Assembly: GCA_029266795.1 (NCBI GenBank)
Contig: JAQSWE010000020.1
Coordinates: 1 to 33,385, forward strand
Source of the DNA: Alphaproteobacteria bacterium
GTDB lineage: Bacteria > Pseudomonadota > Alphaproteobacteria > Micavibrionales > UBA2020
DNA: 33,385 nucleotides
Direction of reading: 5' to 3'
Shown here: positions 1 to 11,793 of the stretch, piece by piece
Layout: each line of letters opens with the position of its first letter
How positions within the stretch are numbered: the stretch's first letter is position 1
Program-made: the position numbers and the translations under genes
Notes under the pieces: model-generated
The model's database searches: none
What the model was told of the DNA's origin: nothing
Seen by the model: the letters and a program-made list of their open reading frames with translations, nothing else

Positions 1-644
1 ATTTCATTGCGGAAGGTCGTGTCGTTGAACATCGCCTTCACGAGGTCTTGACAATCGTCGAAGCTGCCGTCGATCGCGATATTGTGGACGTTATCGTCCA
101 GCACCGTTGTCATCTGGCGGCGCTGCACTTCCGATACGCGGCCCTTCGGGTGCAGGACGAAGATATCGACATTATCCTTGCCGCGGAACGCTTCGATGGC
201 GGCGGAGCCGGTATCGCCCGAGGTTGCGGCGATGATCGTCGTGCGCAGTTTTTTCTGGGCGAGGATATGGCTGAACACCTGCCCGAGGAATTGCAGCGCA
301 ACGTCCTTGAACGCCAGCGTGGGGCCGTGGAACAGCTCCAGCACATGGAAATTGTCGTCGAGCTTGCGCAACGGCGCGATTTCCTTGGTCGAGAAATTTT
401 TATACGACGCGCGCAACAGCTCGATCAGCTTTTCCGACGGGATATCGGCGCTGACGAAGGGCAGCATGACGCGCCACGCGACTTCCAGATAGTTCTGGCT
501 GTTCATGTTGCCGATTTCGGCTTCCGACAGATGCGGGACGGATTCCGGCACGTAGAGGCCGCCGTCGGAGGCGAGCCCCGCCAGCGTCGCGCCGGAAAAA
601 CCAAGGCGCGGTGCCTTGCCGCGCGTGCTGATATAGCTCAGCAT
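1..644 (-). CDS. thrC: Threonine synthase, 5' part (runs off the window start)
   Basis: Not in the ORF track. Manual translation from ATG 644: MLSYISTRGKAP...GLASDGGLYVP...LELFHGPTLAFKD (PLP lysine motif)...ATSGDTGSAAI...VSEVQRRQMTT...DGSFDDCQDLVK. Start overlaps the stop of the M32 gene. Confidence 0.96.
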   Translation of the reverse strand, partial: MLSYISTRGKAPRLGFSGATLAGLASDGGLYVPESVPHLSEAEIGNMNSQNYLEVAWRVMLPFVSADIPSEKLIELLRASYKNFSTKEIAPLRKLDDNFHVLELFHGPTLAFKDVALQFLGQVFSHILAQKKLRTTIIAATSGDTGSAAIEAFRGKDNVDIFVLHPKGRVSEVQRRQMTTVLDDNVHNIAIDGSFDDCQDLVKAMFNDTTFRNE

Positions 645-2140
645 GATCCCTCATATGCTTTTTCGAGATAGCGTTCGGTCACATGTTTCTTGAAGAAATG
701 CGTCGACATTTTCTGCCCCGTCACTTTTTCGACGAGTTCCTGCGGCTTGTAGAGGCAGCCTTTCGACTGCACATTGTCGCGCAGCCAGCCGTTGAAAGGC
801 TTGAAGTTGCCTTTCGCGGCGTCCTGCATCACGTTCGGCAATTGCTTTTTCATGGTGTCGACGAATTGCGCGGCAGTGAACGCGCCGAGCGCATAGGCGG
901 GGAAATAGCCGAACGCGCCGAAATACCAGTGGATGTCCTGCAGGCAGCCGCGGCGGTCGTCGGGCGGCGTCACGCCCAGCAGCGCCTTGAAGCCTTCGTT
1001 CCATGCCTCGGGCAGATCCTTTACCTGCAGCGTGCCTTCGACCATCGCCTTTTCGAGGCGGTAGCGCATGATGACATGGGCGGGATAGGTGACTTCGTCT
1101 GCTTCCACGCGGATAAAGCCGCGCTCCACCTTGATCGCGTGGCGGTAGACGTTTTCGGCATCCCATTCGGGACCCTTGCCGTTGAAAGCCTTCTGGATGA
1201 TCGGCGCGAACCACTGCCAGTATTCGCGGCTGCGGGCGAGCTGCATGTCGAGCGACAGGCTTTGCGATTCATGGATCGCCATGCCCATGTTCTGGCTTGC
1301 GCCCACCGGCTGGTGCTGCCATTCGCGGGGCGTGAAGCGGTCATAGAAACCATGGCCTGCTTCATGCGCCACAGCTTGCAGCGCGTTGATGAAGCTGTCG
1401 GTGTTATAGCGCGTGGTGATGCGCACATCGTCGCCAATGCCGGTCGAGAAGGGATGCGTCGAGGTATCGAGACGACCCCAGCTGGATTCAAAGCCGAGCG
1501 CTTCACACAACTGTTTGCCGAGTTTTTCTTGGATGTCTTGCGCGAACGGGCCGTTGAGCGGCAACGGCTCTTTTTGTTTCTCCAGAACCTGATCGAGGAA
1601 ACCGGGGACGAACGCCGCGATATCGTCAAAAATAACGTCGACGTCTTTGCTGGTCATGTGCGGCGCGTAGGGGTCCATCAGCGCGTCATAGAGCGGCTTT
1701 TTCAGCTTGGCCGCTTTCACTTCCGCCTGTTCGCGCACAATATCGAGCAACCGCGCGAGGTCGTCCTGCACGATTTTAAAGTCGCTTTCGGCGCGCGCCT
1801 TGCGCCAGATGACTTCGGTCTTGGTTTCCTGCCCCATCTTGCGCGATACGAGGTCGGCGGGCAGCGCGGTTGCATGGGTGTATTGCCACTGCATGATGTC
1901 GAGGTTCGCGCGTTCCCACTCGCTGAGGCTTTGCGTGTTCACGCCCGCCATCCAGTCGCCCAGCTGCGGATCGGTCGCCATTTCGTGGATCATGACGCCG
2001 AGGGTTTCAATCTGCTTGGCGCGCTGGTTGACGCCTTTTTCGGGCATCAGCACGGCTTTGTCCCAGTCCAGCACGCTGTCAATCTGGCGCAGCGTCATGA
2101 TTTTTTCAAAGCGTTCTTCGAGTTTTTTATACGCCTGCAT
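638..2140 (-). CDS. Carboxypeptidase M32 (Taq-type)
   Basis: HPF, DVRITTRY, HEAGH (HEXXH), HESQS, IRVEADEVTY and GCLQDIHW...GYFP motifs typical of M32; 500 aa. Confidence 0.95.
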   Translation of the reverse strand: MQAYKKLEERFEKIMTLRQIDSVLDWDKAVLMPEKGVNQRAKQIETLGVMIHEMATDPQLGDWMAGVNTQSLSEWERANLDIMQWQYTHATALPADLVSRKMGQETKTEVIWRKARAESDFKIVQDDLARLLDIVREQAEVKAAKLKKPLYDALMDPYAPHMTSKDVDVIFDDIAAFVPGFLDQVLEKQKEPLPLNGPFAQDIQEKLGKQLCEALGFESSWGRLDTSTHPFSTGIGDDVRITTRYNTDSFINALQAVAHEAGHGFYDRFTPREWQHQPVGASQNMGMAIHESQSLSLDMQLARSREYWQWFAPIIQKAFNGKGPEWDAENVYRHAIKVERGFIRVEADEVTYPAHVIMRYRLEKAMVEGTLQVKDLPEAWNEGFKALLGVTPPDDRRGCLQDIHWYFGAFGYFPAYALGAFTAAQFVDTMKKQLPNVMQDAAKGNFKPFNGWLRDNVQSKGCLYKPQELVEKVTGQKMSTHFFKKHVTERYLEKAYEGSC

Positions 2141-2825
2141 GTTTTTGCTCCGTTGTCGCGGCCGGCTGGCGGCTCGCCATGAGATAGATCAGCAGCATGA
2201 CCGCAGCCATGCCGAACCAGAAAATCGCGTAGTTTTTGTGGTCATTCGGGATGTCGACGCGCAAAGACCCGCCCGCCGGATAAACGCCCGCCGGTTCCGC
2301 CACTGTGTCGACGACGAAGGCGGGCGCGGCGGCATCCATCGCTTTGGTGTCGATCCAGTACCACTGGTTTTTCGCGGGGTCATTCACGGGTGCGAACATG
2401 GTTTTGGCGGGGAAGCGCACGAAGCCTTCGACCTGCACGATGCCTTCGGGGCGGTTAATGGTTTTAATGTCGTCGGAAATCCAGCCGCGATTGACCAGCA
2501 CAGTGCCGCCAGATGCGCGGCGGAATGGCACCACCATGTCGTACCCGACCTTGCCGTCACGCACGCGGGGGCCGAGGTGAAATTCGCGGTCATAAAGGAA
2601 CTGCCCCGCCAGCGTCACGCGGCGGTATTCCCATGCGGTTTTGTCGTCGATGGCCTCCGGCAGCGGCACGGCGGCACCCGCCATCTGGCTGTCGAGCCGC
2701 GCCAGAAGCCCCTGTTTCCATTCCAGCCGCTCCAGCTGCCACACGCCCAGCCCGAACGCGACCGCGACGATGGCGATCGTCAGCAGGGTCGGAATCAGGC
2801 GGAACTGGAAGGTTTTGGCGGGCAT
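2127..2825 (-). CDS. surf1: SURF1/Shy1 family cytochrome oxidase biogenesis protein
   Basis: LGVWQLERLEWK, VLVNRGW and NDHKNYAIFWF motifs with two TM helices. Start taken at ATG 2825 (MPAKTF) rather than 2921. Confidence 0.93.
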   Translation of the reverse strand: MPAKTFQFRLIPTLLTIAIVAVAFGLGVWQLERLEWKQGLLARLDSQMAGAAVPLPEAIDDKTAWEYRRVTLAGQFLYDREFHLGPRVRDGKVGYDMVVPFRRASGGTVLVNRGWISDDIKTINRPEGIVQVEGFVRFPAKTMFAPVNDPAKNQWYWIDTKAMDAAAPAFVVDTVAEPAGVYPAGGSLRVDIPNDHKNYAIFWFGMAAVMLLIYLMASRQPAATTEQKHAGV

Positions 2826-2923
2826 GGGGGTATCCGTATATTTGGGCTTGCTTATATTAATGTTGTTCTGCAAAAAGGTGGAGTCATCTTTAGGTTTATA
2901 TTTTACAGAAAAGGCCGCCACCC

Positions 2924-3508
2924 ATGGTGTCCCGCCCGCTGACCATCGGCGAAACCGCGCTTGCGAAAAGCGTCTTCGGCGATTCCATCGATTACGCGGC
3001 CGTCACCATCAACGACGGGAAATTTGCCGGGTTCCATCCCGAAGGCACCGCGATGGCACCCAACGGCAACCTGTACATGTATGGCTGCTATTCCGACGAC
3101 TACTCAGCGCGCGAGCCGTATGGTCAGGCATTGTTCATCCACGAAATGACGCATGTCTGGCAGTACCAGAACAAGATTCTCGCCCCGATCGCGGAGGCGG
3201 TGAAGCTGAATCTTGCGCATAAATTCAATTACCGCGCGGCGTATGACTATACGCTGGAGCCGGGCAAGGACCTGATCGAGTACAACATGGAACAGCAGGC
3301 GAGCATCGTGCAGGACCGCTTCCTGCTGCAGCGCGAGCCCGGATCCGAATTCTGGAGCAATTGCCTCAACGTCGAATACGGCGCGCAGCGCATGGCGCTT
3401 TACGATCAGGTGCTGGCGAAGTTTGACGCCGACCCCAGTTACGCGAAACAGGCGCAGTTTCCGACGGCGGCGTCGAAGAAAAAGCCAGGCGCAAGCAAGG
3501 ACAAATGA
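2924..3508 (+). CDS. Putative HEXXH zinc metallopeptidase (resembles proteins often auto-annotated as Rhs/Vgr-associated)
   Basis: RPLTxGE...FGDSIDY...AMAPNG...FIHEMTHVWQYQ...NMEQQA; basic C-terminal tail; no signal peptide. Confidence 0.75.
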   Translation: MVSRPLTIGETALAKSVFGDSIDYAAVTINDGKFAGFHPEGTAMAPNGNLYMYGCYSDDYSAREPYGQALFIHEMTHVWQYQNKILAPIAEAVKLNLAHKFNYRAAYDYTLEPGKDLIEYNMEQQASIVQDRFLLQREPGSEFWSNCLNVEYGAQRMALYDQVLAKFDADPSYAKQAQFPTAASKKKPGASKDK

Positions 3509-3825
3509 CAAAAGAACTGACCAATAAGAGGAAATGGATTGCTGTTGGCCAGGTCCTCTTCGCTATTTTATTCCCTTTTTGTCTATTTTGGATTTCGCCT
3601 TTAGAGCGTTTCACAACTGACATGTTGAAAAATATCCCTTGGCAACCAGTCCGACAATTCCTTGCTATGGGCATCATTTTAGGCGGCGGCATTGCTGCTC
3701 TTGGGTGTCTGCCATGTAGCCGGCAGGCCAGAATATTTATTTTGATTGTTTACGCTGCTTTAATGACGCCGGCCATCTTGATTGCTGCCATCATTCACGC
3801 GTGCAATCGCGGCGACTGCCTTTAA
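3505..3825 (+). CDS. Small three-TM membrane protein of unknown function
   Basis: ATGA overlap with the upstream gene; three hydrophobic segments; visibly AT-richer than flanking genes. Confidence 0.65.
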   Translation: MTKELTNKRKWIAVGQVLFAILFPFCLFWISPLERFTTDMLKNIPWQPVRQFLAMGIILGGGIAALGCLPCSRQARIFILIVYAALMTPAILIAAIIHACNRGDCL

Positions 3826-4166
3826 CCTTTCCGATGCCGCCATTCCAATAAAATGATGTAAGCCTTCACCACCGGCAGCAGCAGCGCCATCGCGCCCAGC
3901 ATCACGGTAAGCCATAGCACCCCATGCAGCCAGAGCGGCGGGTGGGCGAGGTTTTCGAATGCCCAGGCCAGCGGAATGATCGTGATGCCGAAGAAGAAGA
4001 TCAGGAAGACGCTCGCCCCGTCGCCGATGTCATGCGCGCCAAGATCCGCGCCGCAGTCGGCGCAGGTTTTCACGACGGTGATCGAGCGCGACTGGAACAG
4101 CCGGCCTTTACGGCAGACGGGACAGCGCGGTTTCAGGCAGAAGCGGAGGTCCTGAACGATGCTCAG
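3822..4166 (-). CDS. DUF983 family membrane protein
   Basis: RCPVCRKGRLF...CADCG...GDGA...PPLWLH pattern; usual position downstream of coxC. Start uncertain (CTG at 4166 or a GTG a few codons upstream). Confidence 0.85.
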   Translation of the reverse strand: MSIVQDLRFCLKPRCPVCRKGRLFQSRSITVVKTCADCGADLGAHDIGDGASVFLIFFFGITIIPLAWAFENLAHPPLWLHGVLWLTVMLGAMALLLPVVKAYIILLEWRHRKG

Positions 4167-5050
4167 GCGTTGCCCCACCAGTAGATCGCGACGAAGAGGA
4201 ACAGCCATACAACGTCCACGAAATGCCAGTACCATGCGGCGGCCTCGAACCCGAAATGGCTCTTCGCGGTGAAATGCCCCTTCATGTTGCGGAACAGGCA
4301 GACCAGCAGGAAGATGGAGCCGACGAGGACGTGGAAGCCGTGGAAGCCCGTCGCCATGTAGAAGGCGGAGGAATAGATGTTGCCGCCGTTTTCGATCGAG
4401 AAACGGAAGGTGGCATGCATGTATTCATACACCTGGAAGCAGGTGAAGAACGCGCCGAGCAGCACGGTGATCAGCAGCGCCTTGGTTGCTTCCGCCTGTT
4501 TGTTTTCGAGGATCGCGTGATGCGCCCAGGTGACCGTGCAGCCGGACAGCAGCAGGATCAGGGTCATCAGGAAGGGAATGTCGAAGGCGTCGATCGGCAC
4601 GACGCTGGAGGGGGGCCATGCGAAGCCAATCGCTTCGGTCGGACGCAACGCGCCGTTGAAGAAAGCCCAGAAGAAGGCGACGAAGAACATGACTTCGGAC
4701 GAAATGAACAGCGCCATGCCGTAGCGGAAGCCGATTTTAGCGATGGGGCTATGCGCCTTTTCCACGACCGCTTCATGGATGACGTCTTTCCACCAGACCC
4801 AGAACACCGCACCGAGCAGGATGAAGCCCAGAACTACCCACCAGATACCGAATTGAAATTGGCCGATTGACGCGTCCTTCAGTGAGTTCGGGAACATGTC
4901 CACAAGCTTTACCTTGTGCATGTACAGGACCGCAAACAAAGCAAGAAGACCCGCCGCAAATGATCCCACGAAGGGCCACGGGCTTGCATTGACCAGATGG
5001 TAGGGGTGGGGCTTGCCGCCCTTCAGGTCATATACCGGTTCATCGGACAT
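4163..5050 (-). CDS. coxC: Cytochrome c oxidase subunit III
   Basis: HPYHLVNASPWP, LFISSEVMFF, ATGFHGFHV and AAAWYWHFVDVVWLFLF motifs. Confidence 0.98.
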   Translation of the reverse strand: MSDEPVYDLKGGKPHPYHLVNASPWPFVGSFAAGLLALFAVLYMHKVKLVDMFPNSLKDASIGQFQFGIWWVVLGFILLGAVFWVWWKDVIHEAVVEKAHSPIAKIGFRYGMALFISSEVMFFVAFFWAFFNGALRPTEAIGFAWPPSSVVPIDAFDIPFLMTLILLLSGCTVTWAHHAILENKQAEATKALLITVLLGAFFTCFQVYEYMHATFRFSIENGGNIYSSAFYMATGFHGFHVLVGSIFLLVCLFRNMKGHFTAKSHFGFEAAAWYWHFVDVVWLFLFVAIYWWGNA

Positions 5051-5066
5051 GGGTCGTTCCTTTTCG

Positions 5067-5663
5067 TTAGCCTTTGTCGTTCACAAAATCGTCCATCGCC
5101 TTCTGCAGTTCGGTACTGTCTTTGCGGAAGAAGGTGTAGGACAGGGTAATGGTGTCGATGCCTTTCAGGTCAGGGTCATCGACGATGGCGGGGTCGATAT
5201 AGAACACGACCGGCATGGAGACTTTCTGCTGCGGCTTCAGGATTTGCTCGCCGAAGCAGAAGCACTGCGTCTTGTAGAAATATTTACCCGCGCGGAACGG
5301 CGTGACGTTGTAGACCGCCGTGCCCGCAACGGTTTCGGTCGTCGGGTTGAGGGCGGAGAAAGACGCGAAACCATCCGCACCGATATTGAGCGTGACGGGC
5401 CCCTGCTCCGACTGGAAATCCCACGGCATGCCGGGCGATGTGTCGGCGTGGAAACGCACCGTGATTTTACGGTCTAGTTCGGCGTGCCGTTTTTTCGCGT
5501 CGGCGACTTGCGCCTCCTGCGTTGTGCCGCCCCAGCCCATCAGCTTGCAGGTAAGTTCGTACAAGGGGACGGAGGCGAAAGACAGCGCAACCATGAAGAA
5601 GACCACGCCGAGGGTAATCTTCAGAACTTTCGCGTTTTTCTGCTGGAGCGTCGGTTCCATCAT
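5067..5663 (-). CDS. ctaG: Cytochrome c oxidase assembly protein CtaG/Cox11
   Basis: FASVPLY..C, YNVTP, KTQCFCF (Cu-binding) and ITLSYTFF motifs. Confidence 0.97.
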   Translation of the reverse strand: MMEPTLQQKNAKVLKITLGVVFFMVALSFASVPLYELTCKLMGWGGTTQEAQVADAKKRHAELDRKITVRFHADTSPGMPWDFQSEQGPVTLNIGADGFASFSALNPTTETVAGTAVYNVTPFRAGKYFYKTQCFCFGEQILKPQQKVSMPVVFYIDPAIVDDPDLKGIDTITLSYTFFRKDSTELQKAMDDFVNDKG

Positions 5664-5782
5664 CAGCCGCCCTTCATGCGGATGATGGTCACGACAAACA
5701 CCGTGACCATGAAGGCGATGACGGAGAGGAACACCGCGTAGTTTTTAAGTTTCTTGCGCTTATGCAGTTCGGATTTCGGCAT
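5663..5782 (-). CDS. 39-aa CoxF-like small membrane protein
   Basis: Below the ORF-track cutoff: MPKSELHKRKKLKNYAVFLSVIAFMVTVFVVTIIRMKGG*. Basic N-terminus plus one TM; exactly fills the ctaB-ctaG gap, with TGATG coupling to ctaG. Confidence 0.85.
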   Translation of the reverse strand: MPKSELHKRKKLKNYAVFLSVIAFMVTVFVVTIIRMKGG

Positions 5783-5784
5783 GT

Positions 5785-6690
5785 TTACACCTTGTCCATC
5801 ATCATGACGGTGAACAGAGCAAACAGGTAGAATATCGAATAGCCGAACATCAGGCGCGCGAAGCGGTAGCCGGTTTCGCGCAGCACGCGCAAGGAACTGA
5901 CGATGAACATCAGGTGCAACAGCGACGCGATGACAAGATAAACCACGCCCGCCATGCCCATGAAATACGGGGCGAGGACGAAGGGGGTCATCAGAAGCGT
6001 GTAGAGCACCATCTGACGCTTGGTCGAGGCTTCGCCCGCCACGACAGGCATCATCGGCACATTCGCCTTTTTATAGTCGTCGTTGCGGTACAGCGCGAGC
6101 GCCCAGAAATGCGGCGGGGTCCAGAGGAAGATGAGCGTGAACATGACGATTGATTCAAGCGACACGCCGCCCGTCACCGCCGCCCAGCCGATCATCGGCG
6201 GGAAAGCGCCTGCCGCGCCGCCGATCACGATGTTCTGCGGCGTGATGCGTTTCAGCCAGATGGTGTAGATCACGACGTAGAAGAACGATGCGAAGGCGAG
6301 CAACGCCGCCGCCGTCCAGTTGACCGCAACGCCCATCAGGCCGACGGAGAGGAAGGTCAGCACGACGCCAAAGCCCAGCGCCTCCGCCGAATCCACGCGC
6401 CCCGTGACGATGGGGCGGTTTTTCGTGCGGTTCATGACGGCGTCGATATCCTGCTCGTACCACATATTGATGGCACCCGATGCCCCTGCCCCGACCGCGA
6501 TGCAGAACACCGCGACCAGTTGCAGGAACGGATGCAGGTGGCCGGGCGCGAGGACAATCCCCGCCACGCCCGAAAACACCACCAGCGTCATCACGCGCGG
6601 CTTCAGGAGCTCGATGAAATCGCGGATACGCGTTTCAGCGCGCGCGGCATCGGGCGCTACGTCGAAACTGTATGTCGCGAAATCGGTCAT
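5785..6690 (-). CDS. ctaB: Protoheme IX farnesyltransferase (heme O synthase)
   Basis: LLKPRVM, DIDAVMNRTKNRP, NIVIGGAAGAFPP and WTPPHFWALAL motifs. Confidence 0.97.
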   Translation of the reverse strand: MTDFATYSFDVAPDAARAETRIRDFIELLKPRVMTLVVFSGVAGIVLAPGHLHPFLQLVAVFCIAVGAGASGAINMWYEQDIDAVMNRTKNRPIVTGRVDSAEALGFGVVLTFLSVGLMGVAVNWTAAALLAFASFFYVVIYTIWLKRITPQNIVIGGAAGAFPPMIGWAAVTGGVSLESIVMFTLIFLWTPPHFWALALYRNDDYKKANVPMMPVVAGEASTKRQMVLYTLLMTPFVLAPYFMGMAGVVYLVIASLLHLMFIVSSLRVLRETGYRFARLMFGYSIFYLFALFTVMMMDKV

Positions 6691-6698
6691 GGATCCTT

Positions 6699-9385
<2,687 letters not shown>

Positions 9386-9407
9386 GAGGGATAGGCCGGA
9401 CTCGACC

Positions 9408-9433
9408 ATGTGACAGTTATATACCTGTCACAT
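9408..9433. promoter_or_regulatory. Palindromic operator upstream of the cox operon (RegA/PrrA-like?)
   Basis: Perfect 9-bp inverted repeat ATGTGACAG-N8-CTGTCACAT. Confidence 0.5.
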
Positions 9434-9603
9434 ATGCTTGTGAAGCATCGCGCAACAAAATTTATATTACATAATATGCTGCGTCGCGGTTGTTTTTGAA
9501 GGGTTTATTGGGGATGTAACAAGAGCGGAATAGTGGCGTGCGAGCAGGCGTTCAATTTTAATCGGTTAATTGTCATAGATAACCCTCGTCCTCTAAGGCC
9601 GCA

Positions 9604-10416
9604 TTAGGGCGTGGGCTGCGCCTTGGGCTTGGTGTTCCGCGATGGATTCAAGCGGGTGGCGATGGCAGCTGCCACTGTCTCCTGCACCGCCTTCGACAAA
9701 TCCTCTTCCGTCCCCTGCCAGTAAGCGGGGCCGTTCACCACATGATGGCGCAGTCGGGTCGGGAATTCCTTCGCCAGCTGTTCGGACAAAAATTCCATCG
9801 AGGTATCCGTGCGGCCAAAGATCACGAAATCGACCGTCGCCCGCAATCCCGCGCGCAGCAGCTTTTCCATCTCCGCCTTCGCCGCCGGATAATCGTGGAA
9901 GCCGCCGTCAGAGATCACGATGAAATGAGAGGCCTTGCCGTTCAGCTTGTTCACGGCGGCCGTTTTAATCATCTCCGTCACCGCAGGCGCGAAGTCGCTG
10001 GAGGGGCCGCCCCTGAATAAATTTTTGCGCGTTTCGGGATCGAGGATATCGCCCCTCACCCATTCCGCCTCGCGCGGACCGGCATATAGGCATACCGGCG
10101 CAGCCAAAACCGCCGCACCATCCAGCGCCGCCGAAAACGGTTTCGCCGTGATGCTGCCGGATCTATCGATGAAAACGGCGAAAGCCGCATCCTTCGGCTT
10201 CGTGCGCAGCCCCTTGACGAATTGCGCGGCAACCGATGTGCGGTTGCGGTACTGCGCGGCGTTTTCATGCGCGCGCCGGCGTTCTTCCTGCTCAAGGCGG
10301 CCGATCAGGGCGTCAACCGTCTGCTCCATGCGCCGGCGGTCCTGCGCCTGTTCCTCGAACGCGCGCTTCAGCCGCTGTGCGTCTTTTTTCAGGTCGTCAG
10401 CATCGCCGGCGGTCAT
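9604..10416 (-). CDS. Coiled-coil plus vWA-like domain protein
   Basis: N-terminal heptad-like helix; MIDAS DRSGS; HFIVISDG; Lys/Pro-rich tail. Confidence 0.8.
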   Translation of the reverse strand: MTAGDADDLKKDAQRLKRAFEEQAQDRRRMEQTVDALIGRLEQEERRRAHENAAQYRNRTSVAAQFVKGLRTKPKDAAFAVFIDRSGSITAKPFSAALDGAAVLAAPVCLYAGPREAEWVRGDILDPETRKNLFRGGPSSDFAPAVTEMIKTAAVNKLNGKASHFIVISDGGFHDYPAAKAEMEKLLRAGLRATVDFVIFGRTDTSMEFLSEQLAKEFPTRLRHHVVNGPAYWQGTEEDLSKAVQETVAAAIATRLNPSRNTKPKAQPTP

Positions 10417-10425
10417 GGTGTCCGC

Positions 10426-11236
10426 TTACGGTTTCGGCGCTGCGGGCTTTTTGCGGCGCGTCGTGTCTTCACGCAGGCGCTCCGACATGATCTCGATCAC
10501 TTTTGACTGGAGGTCTGACGACAGCTGTTGCGACAGGGTTGTGCGGTGCTGGCGCACGCGATCCGGGAAGTTGGCGATAATTTGATTCGCCATTCTTTCC
10601 ATGGAGGTTCCGGGCGGTGACATGATCAGGAAATCGACCGTCACTTTTTTATTACTTTTCAGCAGTGCTTCCAGTTCGTCCTGCGCCTTTTTTGGGTCGA
10701 AAACATCCCCGTCCGAAATCAGAAGAAAATGCGTTGTTTTTCTGGCGAGCGTATTTACTGCCGCAATTTTTTCCATGTCCGGCACGCTGGGCGCAAGATC
10801 CGAGCCGCTGTTCAATGTCTGCAGCAGCTTGCTGCGCAGCGAGGGCTGCGTAATGTCACCCTCAATCCAATAGGGCTTGCTGTCGCCGAACATGGCGAAG
10901 GCCGCCGGTTTCGCACGCGACAAGGTGCCGCCCTTGCGCACAACATCGACTGCATCCAGCGCGGCTGCGATAGGCGGGCCATTCATGCTGCCCGAGCCGT
11001 CAGCAAGCACGACAAATTCCGATCTTTTCTCTTTCCGCAGCTTCCAGAAGCGTCAGAGCATCTCCCACGGCATGCGCCATGCGTTCGTAATCCTGCGCCG
11101 TGTTGTTGAACTGCTGTTTCAACTGGCGCAGGCTATGAATCGTGCGCTGCGCATCGGGCTGCTCGCCATGGGTGCCTGCGGCATGGCCGCTGCTGAGGCC
11201 GTAATTGTTCGCGGCACGATAATGTTCGTTGGTCAT
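10426..11236 (-). pseudogene. Split coiled-coil plus vWA paralog (ORFs 11000-11236 and 10426-11010)
   Basis: The 5' ORF aligns with the N-terminus of 9604-10416 (LKQQFNNTAQDYERM vs LKRAFEEQAQDRRRM). The 3' ORF has DGSGS, HFLLISDGD and TVDFLI. The frame changes by +1 at about 11015-11050. Confidence 0.7.
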
Positions 11237-11343
11237 TAAAAAATCCTCTCCGGCGTGTTTTATGAATAGCCGCCTGTTTTATGACCAGCGGCAACCGGAG
11301 TCAACCCGCATTCTGAAAAAAAAGACGCTTTAAAACGAGGGTT

Positions 11344-11601
11344 TCAGGCGAGCCGCTGCTCCATCTCGAGATCGCGCAACAGGCAGATAACTTCCTCCAA
11401 CTCGCGGTCCATCGCACGCAATGCGCCGTAATCGAGGGGGTTCTGGCGCATCAGCCTTGCCCGCTCTATTTTCGCCTCCACGCAATACAACTTGAGAAGC
11501 TGCAGGTGAAATCCTGCGAGTGTCGCCACCGTCGCGCGTTCCAGGGCATGCTCCACCCCCAGCGCGGCGAGGAACTGGTTGGTCACCGCGTTCAGTGCCA
11601 T
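11344..11601 (-). CDS. Hypothetical helical protein (85 aa)
   Basis: ATG 11601 preceded by AGGA; protein-like composition; fills an intergenic gap. Confidence 0.5.
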   Translation of the reverse strand: MALNAVTNQFLAALGVEHALERATVATLAGFHLQLLKLYCVEAKIERARLMRQNPLDYGALRAMDRELEEVICLLRDLEMEQRLA

Positions 11602-11742
11602 ATGTCCTGCCAAAATGTTTTAAACAATAGACCGAGTTTAGCAGAACCCCGTGGGGTGTCAAAATACCGCTTTCAAGCCGTTGATTATGTTGGAACATGA
11701 TTGAAGGAGCAACTCACGTCGCCCTCCCGAACAAAATACATA

Positions 11743-11771
11743 TTTACATAATCCTAGTGATTGGGTATGAT
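11743..11771 (+). promoter_or_regulatory. Sigma70-like promoter
   Basis: TTTACA-N17-TATGAT, 22 nt before ATG 11794. Confidence 0.6.
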
Positions 11772-11793
11772 ATGGCCTCATCTGGGGGGCTTC

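Noticed and set aside
48-2942. Long + strand ORFs (48-671, 683-2182, 1707-2942) and similar antisense ORFs across the window (e.g. 14162-15553, 25298-26383, 31596-33068)
   Set aside because: Shadow frames opposite well-supported genes, expected in GC-rich DNA; no motifs or RBS.
11256-11284. Direct repeat TGTTTTATGA x2 upstream of the vWA genes
   Set aside because: Only two 10-mers 19 nt apart; one probably overlaps the -10 of a TTGACT promoter; insufficient evidence for an operator.
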